Shown here piece by piece: positions 1-8,868 of a DNA stretch of 64,000 bases (position 1 is the stretch's first letter; every line of letters begins with the position of its first letter). The stretch comes from an uncultured Verrucomicrobiae bacterium (GTDB lineage: Bacteria; Verrucomicrobiota; Verrucomicrobiia; Limisphaerales; Palsa-1400). The stretch is taken from NCBI GenBank assembly GCA_963702845.1, contig OY969763.1, forward strand, positions 352,001 to 416,000, written 5' to 3'. The notes under the pieces are model-generated. The model worked only from the letters and a program-made list of their open reading frames with translations, was not told the DNA's origin and did not search any database. Both the position numbers and the translations under genes were made by a program.

Positions 1-3
1 GTC

Positions 4-468
4 TTGGATGAAACGGGAACCATTGAGCTGCCCTTAGGTAAGGACGAAAAGAGCATCATTTCGGTGAAGGATTGCGTTCGTCCCGACGGCACGACGGCGA
101 AGACGCAATTTTTCGTTTTAAAACGGTTCACGCGCGAGATTTTTGGATTCGAAGGGATGCAGCCATTTACGTTGTTGCGAGTCGTTCCCAGAACAGGCCG
201 CAAACATCAAATTCGGATTCATCTTCAGGCCATCGGACATCCGATCGTCGGCGATAAATTATATGGTGGCGATGAGGACCTGTATCTAGCGCTGGCGCAG
301 CAGCGGCTGACCGATGAGCAACGCACGCGATTGATTTTGCCGAATCAGGCGTTGCACGCAGCGGCGATTCGACTGACCTGGCAAGGCGAAAATCGGGAGT
401 TTACGGCTGCGCCGGAAGAGTTCTTCACGTCATTTGCCAACGACGGGGTCACCGCGATTCCCGGCTGA
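4..468 (+). CDS. RluA-family pseudouridine synthase (C-terminal part; gene begins before the window)
   Basis: Motifs PRTGRKHQIRIHL, GHPIVGDKLYG and QALHA. Confidence 0.9.
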   Translation: MDETGTIELPLGKDEKSIISVKDCVRPDGTTAKTQFFVLKRFTREIFGFEGMQPFTLLRVVPRTGRKHQIRIHLQAIGHPIVGDKLYGGDEDLYLALAQQRLTDEQRTRLILPNQALHAAAIRLTWQGENREFTAAPEEFFTSFANDGVTAIPG

Positions 469-526
469 CAAACCCGCCGAAGCGCGTTACAACACGCGCA
501 TCAAACACGATCAGTTCAAAATTCCG

Positions 527-1669
527 ATGCAGATGCAGGCGGTGGTTTATCGCGGCCGTGATGACTTGCGCGTTGAGACCGTCCCGGTTCCGAAGATCGA
601 AGCCGGCGAGTTGCTGGTAAAAGTCGCGGTTTGCGGCGTTTGCCCAACCGATATCAAAAAAATCCATTACGGAACCGTGCCGCCACCAAGAATTTTCGGA
701 CACGAAACATCCGGCACGATTGTGCAGATTGGGCGCGGGGTGACGAAGTTTCGCGTTGGTGACCGAGTCGGGCTGCACCATCACGTGCCGTGTTTGGATT
801 GTCATTATTGCCGGCATCACGCGTTCGCGCAGTGTGCGGGATACAAGCGGACGGGAATAACGGCTGGTTTTGAACCGGCTGGTGGTGGTTACGCCGAGTA
901 TGTGCGCGTCATGCCGTTTATTTTGCCTGGCGTCGTCAAAATTCCATCGCGGAACACATTTCTCGAGGGCGCGATGCTGGAGCCTGTGAATACCGTGCTC
1001 AAAGGAATCAAGCGCTTGAATATTTTGCCCGGTGACAACGTATGCGTGATGGGGCAGGGGCCAATCGGCCTGTTGTTTACAAAAATACTTTCCCTGCAAG
1101 GCATCAATGTCGTTGCCACTGATTTGATGACAACGCGGCTGAAGCTGGCTGAAAAATGGGGAGCGAAGAAGGCATTCAACGCCGCCGACCCGAATCTCGT
1201 CGCAACTGTCAATAAATGGCTAGGTCGAAAGTCGAAGGTCGACAGTCGAGGGCACGCCAAATCAGGCTTTCGACCCTCGACCCTCGACTCTCGACCTTTT
1301 CTCCCTTTATTTGACGCTGCCGTCGTCGCAGTTCCTGCCTCGTCGGCGGTTGACCAGGCGTTCCAGCTCGTCCGCGGCTCTGGTCAGGTGGTTCTCTTCG
1401 CCCATACCAAGCCGGGCGATCCCCACCCTATAGACCTGTCAAATGTGTGTTTGCACGAAAAAGATCTAATCGGTAGCTACTCGGCAGACTTTCTGCTACA
1501 AAAGGAAGTCGCAAGACTAGTATTTTCCGGTCAAATAGACATGGAAAAGCTGGTGACACATCGGTTCCCGCTCAGTGAGACCGCGGCGGCCGTGGGTTTG
1601 GCGTCAAAGCCAAGCCCTGAATCGTTGAAAATAGTTGTCAATCAGCTGGCGGGGTCGGTGAATAGCTGA
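527..1669 (+). CDS. Zinc-dependent medium-chain dehydrogenase (sorbitol/threonine dehydrogenase-like)
   Basis: CGVCPTD, GHE, CxxCxxC..C structural Zn site and GQGPIG Rossmann motif; start moved to ATG 527 (533 also possible); carries a ~25 aa repeat-derived insertion. Confidence 0.88.
   Translation: MQMQAVVYRGRDDLRVETVPVPKIEAGELLVKVAVCGVCPTDIKKIHYGTVPPPRIFGHETSGTIVQIGRGVTKFRVGDRVGLHHHVPCLDCHYCRHHAFAQCAGYKRTGITAGFEPAGGGYAEYVRVMPFILPGVVKIPSRNTFLEGAMLEPVNTVLKGIKRLNILPGDNVCVMGQGPIGLLFTKILSLQGINVVATDLMTTRLKLAEKWGAKKAFNAADPNLVATVNKWLGRKSKVDSRGHAKSGFRPSTLDSRPFLPLFDAAVVAVPASSAVDQAFQLVRGSGQVVLFAHTKPGDPHPIDLSNVCLHEKDLIGSYSADFLLQKEVARLVFSGQIDMEKLVTHRFPLSETAAAVGLASKPSPESLKIVVNQLAGSVNS
1223..1296. repeat. 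Inverted heptamer-repeat hairpin, (GTCGANN)x4 ... (NNTCGAC)x4, inside the CDS
   Basis: ggtcgaaagtcgaaggtcgacagtcgaggg-N14-ctttcgaccctcgaccctcgactctcgacc. Confidence 0.85.
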
Positions 1670-1833
1670 CAACGAGGTAAGAAAAAAAGAGCTTTACTTG
1701 TCTTGCGGTAGATACGAATAATAAGAACACATTTATTGCAATGAACACGTCAAAAAAAAGGTTAAATAACCCGTTGACATGGCGGTTGCAATTTGAGACT
1801 CTTGATACCACACACGGTAACTAAAAACACCAT

Positions 1834-2472
1834 ATGAGAACAAAAACACTAATCCTATCGGCGCTACTCGGCGTGGCGGCACTTCCATCATTTGCCCAAA
1901 CCAACGTTTACTCTGTGAACGCAGTTGGTTATGTGCAGATATCCTTCCCTCAAGGCCAATATAAATTATTTGCCAATCCGCTGAACACCACCAATAACTC
2001 GATTGGTAGTTTGATCAAAAACGCTCCTGATTTTAGCAATCTTTATAAGTGGAATGGGACAGCTTACCAGACTGCTACTTATGCTAGCTTCCTCGGTGGT
2101 TGGGATCAGCCTGCGATCACGTTGAATCCTGGTGAAGGCGCCTTTTTCAACGCTAACGGTCCATTCACTAACACGTTTGTTGGTGAAGTGTTGCAGGGTT
2201 CCTTGAGCAACAGTGTTCCTGTTGGTTATTCAATTCGCTCGTCACAAGTCCCTCAAGCTGGTCCTGTGAGCGCAGTTTTGGGTTTGTCCAATCTGTCTGA
2301 CTTCGATAACCTGTATCAATACACTCCTGGAGTTGGCTACACCACCTACACCTATGCGTCATTTCTCGGCGGTTGGAACCCTTCTGAACCGAACCTCGCG
2401 GTTGGTGAAGCTGTGTTCTTGAACACTGCTGCTGGCGCTCAATGGAATCGTACTTTCTCAGTTAACAACTAA
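1834..2472 (+). CDS. Secreted hypothetical protein, Verrucomicrobia 'VYSVNAVGYV' type, with internal duplication
   Basis: Signal peptide, NVYSVNAVGYV motif, TYASFLGGW...PxLxxGE present twice. Confidence 0.75.
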   Translation: MRTKTLILSALLGVAALPSFAQTNVYSVNAVGYVQISFPQGQYKLFANPLNTTNNSIGSLIKNAPDFSNLYKWNGTAYQTATYASFLGGWDQPAITLNPGEGAFFNANGPFTNTFVGEVLQGSLSNSVPVGYSIRSSQVPQAGPVSAVLGLSNLSDFDNLYQYTPGVGYTTYTYASFLGGWNPSEPNLAVGEAVFLNTAAGAQWNRTFSVNN

Positions 2473-2518
2473 GAGACACACTCAAACATTTCACCTCAAA
2501 CCTAAGACCTCAGTATAT

Positions 2519-3058
2519 ATGAAAAAACAATTAGCAATCATCCTGACCTTGGCCGCTGTTGCGGTAAGCGCAAACGCCCAAGGATTCTTCAACTTCGCCA
2601 ACGGTGCGTCTGGCGTAAATGCTCCGGTCAAAGAGACCGACAACACGACCCTGCTCTCCGGTGGTGGCGCCTACAAGGCAGACTACTACTTTGGTGCAGC
2701 CGGAGTTGTCGACCCGAACGCGCTTGTGTCAGGCGGACAGGCTGTTTCCTTTAGCGGTAACGGCATTTTCCTTGGCGGCACGCAGATCATTAGCGGTCAA
2801 ACCGGAACGGTGACGATGCAAGTGCGTGCATGGCGCGCCAGTGACGGTGCTTCCTACGCAATTGCGTCTGGAGTGAATGGCGCGCACGTTGGATCTGGCA
2901 ACCTGATTCAAGTTGCACTGGGAACGGGCGCTGCAACTGTCCCGAACATGGTCGGTCTGCAAGGTTTCAACCTTACTGTTGTTGGACCAGAGCCGGCGAC
3001 GATGGCCCTCGCTTTGATGGGTGCTGGTGCGCTTTTCATCCGCCGCCGCAAAGTATAA
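2519..3058 (+). CDS. PEP-CTERM surface protein, copy 1
   Basis: Signal peptide; C-terminal GPEPATMALALMGAGALFIRRRKV. Confidence 0.9.
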   Translation: MKKQLAIILTLAAVAVSANAQGFFNFANGASGVNAPVKETDNTTLLSGGGAYKADYYFGAAGVVDPNALVSGGQAVSFSGNGIFLGGTQIISGQTGTVTMQVRAWRASDGASYAIASGVNGAHVGSGNLIQVALGTGAATVPNMVGLQGFNLTVVGPEPATMALALMGAGALFIRRRKV

Positions 3059-3081
3059 TTAGTTAACGTGTGTTTGTTCTC

Positions 3082-3109
3082 AAGCCCCGCTTCGGCGGGG
3101 CTTTTTTTT
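3082..3109 (+). terminator. Rho-independent terminator
   Basis: aagccccgc-ttcg-gcggggctt followed by a T tract. Confidence 0.9.
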
Positions 3110-3150
3110 GTACTTTACAGGGCTGTCCTAGGCCGTCAAAGTTCCCACCC

Positions 3151-3678
3151 ATGAAGGGCTATCTGGCATTGATGACGGCGATGACTCTGGTTTTGTCCAT
3201 GGAATCAAGAGGTCAAGGTTTCTTCAACTTCGCCAACGGCGCGTCTGGTGTTAATGCTCCTATCACGGAAGCGGGGACACCTCTCGCTGGTTCGGGCTAC
3301 AAGGCAGACTACTATTGGGGGCCAGCTGGAGTTATCGACCCAAATTCGCTTGTATCAGGTGGGCAGGCTGTTTCTTTTACGGCCAATGGCTATTTTTTTG
3401 GCGGCACGCAGACGATCAACAGTCAAACGGGCACTGTTACCCTGCAGGTTAGAGCTTGGCGCGCAAGCGACGGAGCTACTTGGGCAGCTGCAGCGGGAAC
3501 TATTGGTGCGCACGTCGGTCAGGGCAACCTGATTCAAGTTGCACTGGGAACGGGCGCAGCAACTGTCCCGAACATGGTTGGTCTTCAATCCTTCAACCTT
3601 TTAACACCGGAGCCCGCTACCATCGCGCTCGGTTTAATGGGTGCAGGTGCGCTTTTCATCCGCCGCCGCAAGGCATAA
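3151..3678 (+). CDS. PEP-CTERM surface protein, copy 2 (tandem paralog)
   Basis: ATG 3151; mature region nearly collinear with copy 1; TPEPATIALGLMGAGALFIRRRKA. Confidence 0.88.
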   Translation: MKGYLALMTAMTLVLSMESRGQGFFNFANGASGVNAPITEAGTPLAGSGYKADYYWGPAGVIDPNSLVSGGQAVSFTANGYFFGGTQTINSQTGTVTLQVRAWRASDGATWAAAAGTIGAHVGQGNLIQVALGTGAATVPNMVGLQSFNLLTPEPATIALGLMGAGALFIRRRKA

Positions 3679-3702
3679 TTAAATTAACGTATGTTTGTTC
3701 TC

Positions 3703-3730
3703 AAGCCCCGCTTCGGCGGGGCTTTTTTTT
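3703..3730 (+). terminator. Rho-independent terminator, identical to 3082-3109
   Basis: Same hairpin and T tract. Confidence 0.9.
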
Positions 3731-3915
3731 GTACATCTTAAGAGCCCAAAAGCTTTAAGTTGCCGAACTAAATCCGAACTGAGTCGCGCCTTTGCGTTGC
3801 CCTAGGGTGGCTTTAAACGCAGGCTACCCTCTAGAGACATTCAACTTTCGGTCCAACGCTCGTTGCGCCAGCGGAACTTTGGTGTCGAGTTGGTGTTAAA
3901 TCTGCTCGCAAACGT

Positions 3916-4863
3916 ATGATGATCGTGTATTTTATGGGGGTGCTGAGGAGACATCTATTCTGGTTACTGCTGGTGACCACGCTGGCGTACACAAGCATGT
4001 CTAGTTTCGGGATTGCTCAGGACCAACCCACTGGTTCAGTTGACACTACTGCTGATCAAACAGCACCTGTTGCTGATGATGCCAATCCATATTCTGCCAT
4101 CAGTAGAGCGAACGTGTTTCATCTGACGGAGCCACCGAAACCGGCGGAAAGACCCGATCAGTCGTTGATAAATTTGCCGAAGGTTAACATCTCCGGATTC
4201 GTTCGGCACGCCGACGAACCTGTTCGTGCTTTGTTTGCAACTGTTCCGAAAGACCCCAAGGAATCGCCCCGTTACTTCAATTTGGCCGAAGGTGAGAAGG
4301 AAGATATTCTGCAAGTAACAAAGATTTACCCGAACCAGGAAGCTGTTGACGTCATCATCGCCGGAACAGCCGTCACTCTCACGACAAAGAGCAATAGTTT
4401 TGTGCAGCCGCTTCCGCCGCCGCCGAAAGGTGGAGTTCCAGCAGCGGCAAATCCAGGCGTAGTAGCTTTTAATCCGCCGGCACAACCCGCACCTGCGCAG
4501 ACGCCGTATTCCGGTGGAGTCATTGTCGCAGGAGGTGGTGCAACGGCAGCTGCCGGTGGGAGCAGCGTGACCACAATTGGTTCGAATAACGGCAACCCCG
4601 GGTTTTCAGGTGGCACAACAGTTTCAGGTGGAGCAACATCATTTGGCGGAAGTCCGGGAATCGCGTCTGCGTCTGCCACCCAGGGCGGAAATTCTGCGTT
4701 TCATCCAATTCCCATGCGCGGTCAGCTAACTCCGAATTTTCCGCCGGATTACCATCCTCAATCCCCAGTGGAATCGGCCGCGATGATGGCAATCGACTCG
4801 CAACGCCATGAAGCCGAAATTCAAGCGGGCCGATATCCGCCACCGCCTCCGTTACCGCAATAG
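3916..4863 (+). CDS. Exported hypothetical protein, possibly GspC/PilP-like, with a Pro/Gly-rich tail
   Basis: N-terminal hydrophobic segment; NPY..I.RANVF.L...P, V.ISGF and LAEGE pattern; low-complexity C-terminus. Confidence 0.55.
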   Translation: MMIVYFMGVLRRHLFWLLLVTTLAYTSMSSFGIAQDQPTGSVDTTADQTAPVADDANPYSAISRANVFHLTEPPKPAERPDQSLINLPKVNISGFVRHADEPVRALFATVPKDPKESPRYFNLAEGEKEDILQVTKIYPNQEAVDVIIAGTAVTLTTKSNSFVQPLPPPPKGGVPAAANPGVVAFNPPAQPAPAQTPYSGGVIVAGGGATAAAGGSSVTTIGSNNGNPGFSGGTTVSGGATSFGGSPGIASASATQGGNSAFHPIPMRGQLTPNFPPDYHPQSPVESAAMMAIDSQRHEAEIQAGRYPPPPPLPQ

Positions 4864-5103
4864 TAATGCGATAGCGATGCCAGCCATCGCCTGACTTGGC
4901 ATTTCAACCCCGCAGCGCAGGCCACCACTCCATCAAGTGGCTTGACGTATGCCGCTACTTCATTCTAACGTTATGCTGCTGCTCAATCGTAGCTTCAGGC
5001 CGAAACCTGAAAAGTTCTTTGAAAATTATTGAAAATGACATGGATTTGCGCCGGATAACGTTAAAGCGGGGCGCGCAACCCTAGAATCGGGCTGAGTCGA
5101 AAA

Positions 5104-5161
5104 TAGCAACTCAGTAGCAACTCGTTGCTACTTGTAGTTGTATGTAGCTATTAGTAGCAAC
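5104..5161. repeat. TAGCAAC direct and inverted repeat cluster
   Basis: tagcaactcagtagcaactcgttgctact...gtagcaac; perfect 9-bp hairpin at 5113-5132. Confidence 0.65.
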
Positions 5162-5259
5162 ATTCCGGATGACAAATCATCGCGGTGTTTGCGTTTAGCA
5201 ACCTTTTCTCAATTGTTTGTTGAGACTTGTCAGGTTGTTGCGCAAAATACTCAGACCCT

Positions 5260-5976
5260 ATGGGCGCTCAATGGAAACAAGCTGGCCGTGAGGCCAATGC
5301 ACAGAAAAAAGGTCAGATGGTCGTCAAGTTGGTGCGCGAAATCATGGTCGCGGCCAAGCTCGGCGGACCTGATCCCGACATCAATCCACGGCTTGCCGCT
5401 GCCGTTGAAAAGGCGCGCAAGAGTTCTGTTTATCGCGACACGATCGAACGCGCCATCAAGAAGGGCGCGGGCCTCGACGACGAAAAAGTTATTTACGAGA
5501 CGGTGATTTATGAGGGGTTCGCACCGCACAAAGTGCCGGTGGTGGTGGAGTGTTTGACCGATAACCGGAATCGCACAGCGCCGGAGATTCGGAGTTTGTT
5601 CAAGGCGGGATCGCTTGGCCAACCCGGCAGTGTAGCATTCTTCTTCAATCACCTTGGAGTCGTCGAAGCATCGCATACGGATTCGAATCGCGATGCTGAG
5701 TCCGATGCAATCGAATCGGGCGCGCAGGAAGTCGAACCGTTCGACGAAGAAATTCCTGAGGGACACAAAGGCGCGCGCTTCTTGTGCGAAATTCGCGACC
5801 TGGATGGCGTTTCCAAAGCGCTAAAGGCTGCAGGCTGGAAAATTATCGCAGCGGAAATGCGTTACATCGCGAAGAACGCCGCTTCACTGAATGACAATCA
5901 ACGCAAAGAAGTGACGGATTTTCTCACGGCAATCGATGATCATGACGATGTTCATCGGGTTTACGCCGCGTTGTAA
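5260..5976 (+). CDS. YebC/PmpR-family protein
   Basis: MGAQWK start, GGPDPDINPRL, YEGFAP, TDNRNRT, DDHDDVHRVY. Confidence 0.92.
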   Translation: MGAQWKQAGREANAQKKGQMVVKLVREIMVAAKLGGPDPDINPRLAAAVEKARKSSVYRDTIERAIKKGAGLDDEKVIYETVIYEGFAPHKVPVVVECLTDNRNRTAPEIRSLFKAGSLGQPGSVAFFFNHLGVVEASHTDSNRDAESDAIESGAQEVEPFDEEIPEGHKGARFLCEIRDLDGVSKALKAAGWKIIAAEMRYIAKNAASLNDNQRKEVTDFLTAIDDHDDVHRVYAAL

Positions 5977-5993
5977 TTGGCGGCATAAACATC

Positions 5994-6344
5994 GTGAAAG
6001 GAAATAAACTTCTTCCACGATTTCGGGTGTTGCGCGGTGCTTCGATTGCGCTCGGGCCTGGCAAGGCCGAACTCCTGCAATTGCTTCTCGAAACCGAATC
6101 CCTCAACCAGGCGGCCAAGCGTCTGGACATGTCGTATATGCGCGCGTGGAAGTTGATCCAGACGATGAATAAATGTTTCCGGGAGCCGGTCGCTGTTTCG
6201 GAACGCGGTGGGAAAGCGGGCGGTGGGATGAAGCTTACGAAGACAGGACGGCGCGCCTTAGAGTTGTATCAATGCATCGAAGCTTCTGCTCTCAAATCCT
6301 CAGAGGGGTCGTGGAGGGATCTGCAAAAGCTTTTGCGCGATTAG
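5994..6344 (+). CDS. modE: ModE-like winged-helix regulator (DNA-binding domain only)
   Basis: ALGPGKAELL..I/L.ETxS...AAKRLDMSYMRAW.LI..MN..F..P....RGG..GGG..LT. Confidence 0.85.
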   Translation: MKGNKLLPRFRVLRGASIALGPGKAELLQLLLETESLNQAAKRLDMSYMRAWKLIQTMNKCFREPVAVSERGGKAGGGMKLTKTGRRALELYQCIEASALKSSEGSWRDLQKLLRD

Positions 6345-6345
6345 T

Positions 6346-6369
6346 CATTATATTTGACGGAATATAATG
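6346..6369. promoter_or_regulatory. ModE-type operator palindrome
   Basis: cattatatt-tgacgg-aatataatg, a perfect 9-bp inverted repeat resembling the TATAT-Nx-TATA ModE box, between modE and the downstream operon. Confidence 0.75.
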
Positions 6370-6391
6370 GGCTCTCCTAAGATATTGGCTC

Positions 6392-7123
6392 ATGGTAGCC
6401 AGCCTCCGAAAATTCAAGACGCGACAACTGTGTAATGCGCTTGCGCCCGCATTTACGCTGATCGAGCTGTTGGTGGTTATTGCGATCGTCGCCATCCTGG
6501 CCAGCTTGCTATTGCCTGCGCTTGCCAACGCCAAAGCGAAGGCGAGGTCAACTCAATGCCTGGATCAATTACATCAATGGGGCATCGCCATGCACATGTA
6601 TGCTAACGCCAACGACGATGCGATTCCGCGAAGAGGCCAAGGGGTCCGGCCTCTGGCGCAATTGGATCGTCCGGAGGATTGGTTCAACGCGCTTGCGCCG
6701 GAAGTAAGCCAGCAAGGTTTCGGCGACTTCATCAAGAACGCCGGATTAAACAGCAATTCGCCTCCGCCCATGTATGTCTGCCCGGAGGCACGACCAGCTC
6801 CTGGCCGATATTTTCTTACATACGCGATGAACATGTATTTGTCACCTTGGAACCTTCCGGAGCCGCATGAGACGAGCAAAGTTCCGACGCCGGCGAAGGT
6901 TGTATTTTTGCAAGATGGCGGTGTGGGTTATTGCTCCGCGTTTCCGGCCGTTGCGGAATACAGTCCGCAAGCGCGTCACCGTGAGCGAGCCAATATCGCT
7001 TTTGTTGATGGCCACGCGGAAAGCTGCAAAGGCGATGATGTCGGATGCAATACAGGCGTCATAAAACGTCCCGACGTGATCTGGCAATTCGATACAAATC
7101 TCACTGTGGGAAACAACCAATGA
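6392..7123 (+). CDS. Prepilin-type N-terminal cleavage/methylation protein with H-X9-DG domain (DUF1559-like)
   Basis: [26 protein letters not shown]-terminal [13 protein letters not shown]. Confidence 0.9.
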   Translation: MVASLRKFKTRQLCNALAPAFTLIELLVVIAIVAILASLLLPALANAKAKARSTQCLDQLHQWGIAMHMYANANDDAIPRRGQGVRPLAQLDRPEDWFNALAPEVSQQGFGDFIKNAGLNSNSPPPMYVCPEARPAPGRYFLTYAMNMYLSPWNLPEPHETSKVPTPAKVVFLQDGGVGYCSAFPAVAEYSPQARHRERANIAFVDGHAESCKGDDVGCNTGVIKRPDVIWQFDTNLTVGNNQ

Positions 7124-8028
7124 AAACTGTTCTTCTTTCAATTGCTCTATTTTCGGCATCGCTGGCGCATGGAGCAATGTTTACAAACGCCGTGTCTGTC
7201 GATTCGTTTGTGCGCGCGAGTGCCCCGACCTCAAATTATGGCGCCGCCGGCGCCAATTCGGTTTCTGGCGCAAGTGCCACGAACAACTTGGGTGCAGCAA
7301 ACGGCGCATTTGATTCGTTCATCCGGTTCAATACTTTTTCGATGGTGACGAACTTCAACGCGCTTTATGGCGCGAATGGTTGGGCAATCAACGGGGTGAC
7401 GTTACAGGTGAGCGAACAGGGTGCGCCGAACAATGCAATTTTCAATCGCGGCAAAGGCGCGTTCGAGATTCGATGGATTGCGAATGACAATTGGACGGAG
7501 GGGACGGGCAATCCAGCGACCCCAGGCACAACTGGAATTGTTTACACCAATGAGCCCGGACTGCTGAATGTCGCGAGCGATGTCAGCCTGAGAATTTACA
7601 CTAATGCCGAAGCCGACGTAGTCGAAACGTTTTCTCTGCCACTGGCGAATTCGATGGTAAGTGACATGCAAGCAGGGGGCGAGGTGGGGCTTTTCATGAC
7701 CGCAGTGGATGCGAATGTCGGTTTCACATTCAGTTCGCGCAGTTTTAGTCCAACGACCGGCCGCCCATTTCTGATCGTATCGGCTGTGCCGAAGCCCGGG
7801 ATTCAGAGCGTTGCTGCCTCGGGAAATGATTTGTTGTTATCCTGTGCAAACGGAGTGGCAGGTGGAACATATAAAGCGCTAATAAGTACAGATTTGACGC
7901 AACCGCTGAGCCAGTGGACTCCGGTAGCTACGAATGCAGTAGCGAGTGATGGCGCATTCAATTTGACGATTTCGAACGCACTTGCAAATCCGTCGGCACA
8001 ACATTTCTTCATCGTGCAGAAGCAGTGA
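7120..8028 (+). CDS. Secreted beta-rich protein (DNRLRE-like N-terminal domain, Verrucomicrobia-type C-terminal domain)
   Basis: ATGA overlap with upstream stop; signal peptide; DSFVR...P.SNYG, ...RP.L; tail STDL..PL.QW...FF. Confidence 0.65.
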   Translation: MKTVLLSIALFSASLAHGAMFTNAVSVDSFVRASAPTSNYGAAGANSVSGASATNNLGAANGAFDSFIRFNTFSMVTNFNALYGANGWAINGVTLQVSEQGAPNNAIFNRGKGAFEIRWIANDNWTEGTGNPATPGTTGIVYTNEPGLLNVASDVSLRIYTNAEADVVETFSLPLANSMVSDMQAGGEVGLFMTAVDANVGFTFSSRSFSPTTGRPFLIVSAVPKPGIQSVAASGNDLLLSCANGVAGGTYKALISTDLTQPLSQWTPVATNAVASDGAFNLTISNALANPSAQHFFIVQKQ

Positions 8029-8864
8029 AAAAGTTTTGGTGCAACGTAATTTCGTTCTGTCTACTGACTGCGGCCCTCTCCTGCAGTCGCAATGATGCTC
8101 CTGCTGACCCGCACGTGGTTCGTTGCGCGGTAATTGGCGGGATGACCATGACCGGTTTGTGGCCGGAGATCGCAAAACAGTTTGAGGCGAAAACAGGCTA
8201 TCGCCTCGAAACAGTAGTCACCGGGCCGCGACCCGATTTGGATAAAGCGATGCGCGAAGGCAAGGTCGACCTCCTCACCATGCACTCGGGCGATATTACA
8301 ACGGACCTCGTTGCGGACGGTTTCGGAATGAATATGCGGCCATGGACCCGTAATGAATTGTGCATCGTCGGACCACCGGAGGACCCGGCGCATGTGCGCG
8401 GCATGACAAATGGCGCGGCTGCGCTGCGTAAGATTGCGGAAGCGAAGGCGCACTTTGTCGATTTTCAGGGAATCGGCAGCCGAGAGTTGGCGCACAATTT
8501 GTGGCATGCCGCGGGAGTGGAGCCCAAGGGAGATTGGGTCATCCGTGACGATACGGTTTCCAAATGGAACATCCTGCAATTTGCTCGCACGAATAACGCA
8601 TACGTCGTTGTTGGTTACATCCCCGCACACATGCAGAAAATGAATGCCGCGGGTATGGAAATACTGGTGAAGAACGATCCTATAATGCGGCGTCCGTTCA
8701 TTGTCATGGAAGCCAATCCGAATAAGGTTCCAAGACCGAACGTGGCCGGCGCACAAGCGCTTTCAGATTTTTTGCTTTCCGCAGAGATTCAGAAATTCCT
8801 GCTCGAATTTGGAACGCGCACGAACGGGCTCGGTGCGCTTTTTTTTCCGGTTATAATAGATTAA
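8025..8864 (+). CDS. TupA-like periplasmic oxyanion-binding lipoprotein (atypical binding motif)
   Basis: Lipobox ALSC; GKVDLLTMH and RNELCIVGPPEDPA match the TupA pattern; GTGA overlap. Confidence 0.75.
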   Translation: MKKFWCNVISFCLLTAALSCSRNDAPADPHVVRCAVIGGMTMTGLWPEIAKQFEAKTGYRLETVVTGPRPDLDKAMREGKVDLLTMHSGDITTDLVADGFGMNMRPWTRNELCIVGPPEDPAHVRGMTNGAAALRKIAEAKAHFVDFQGIGSRELAHNLWHAAGVEPKGDWVIRDDTVSKWNILQFARTNNAYVVVGYIPAHMQKMNAAGMEILVKNDPIMRRPFIVMEANPNKVPRPNVAGAQALSDFLLSAEIQKFLLEFGTRTNGLGALFFPVIID

Positions 8865-8868
8865 GCAG

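Noticed and set aside
1774..1802. Sigma70 promoter (TTGACA) upstream of 1834
   Set aside because: Perfect -35 but no convincing -10 at 16-18 bp spacing
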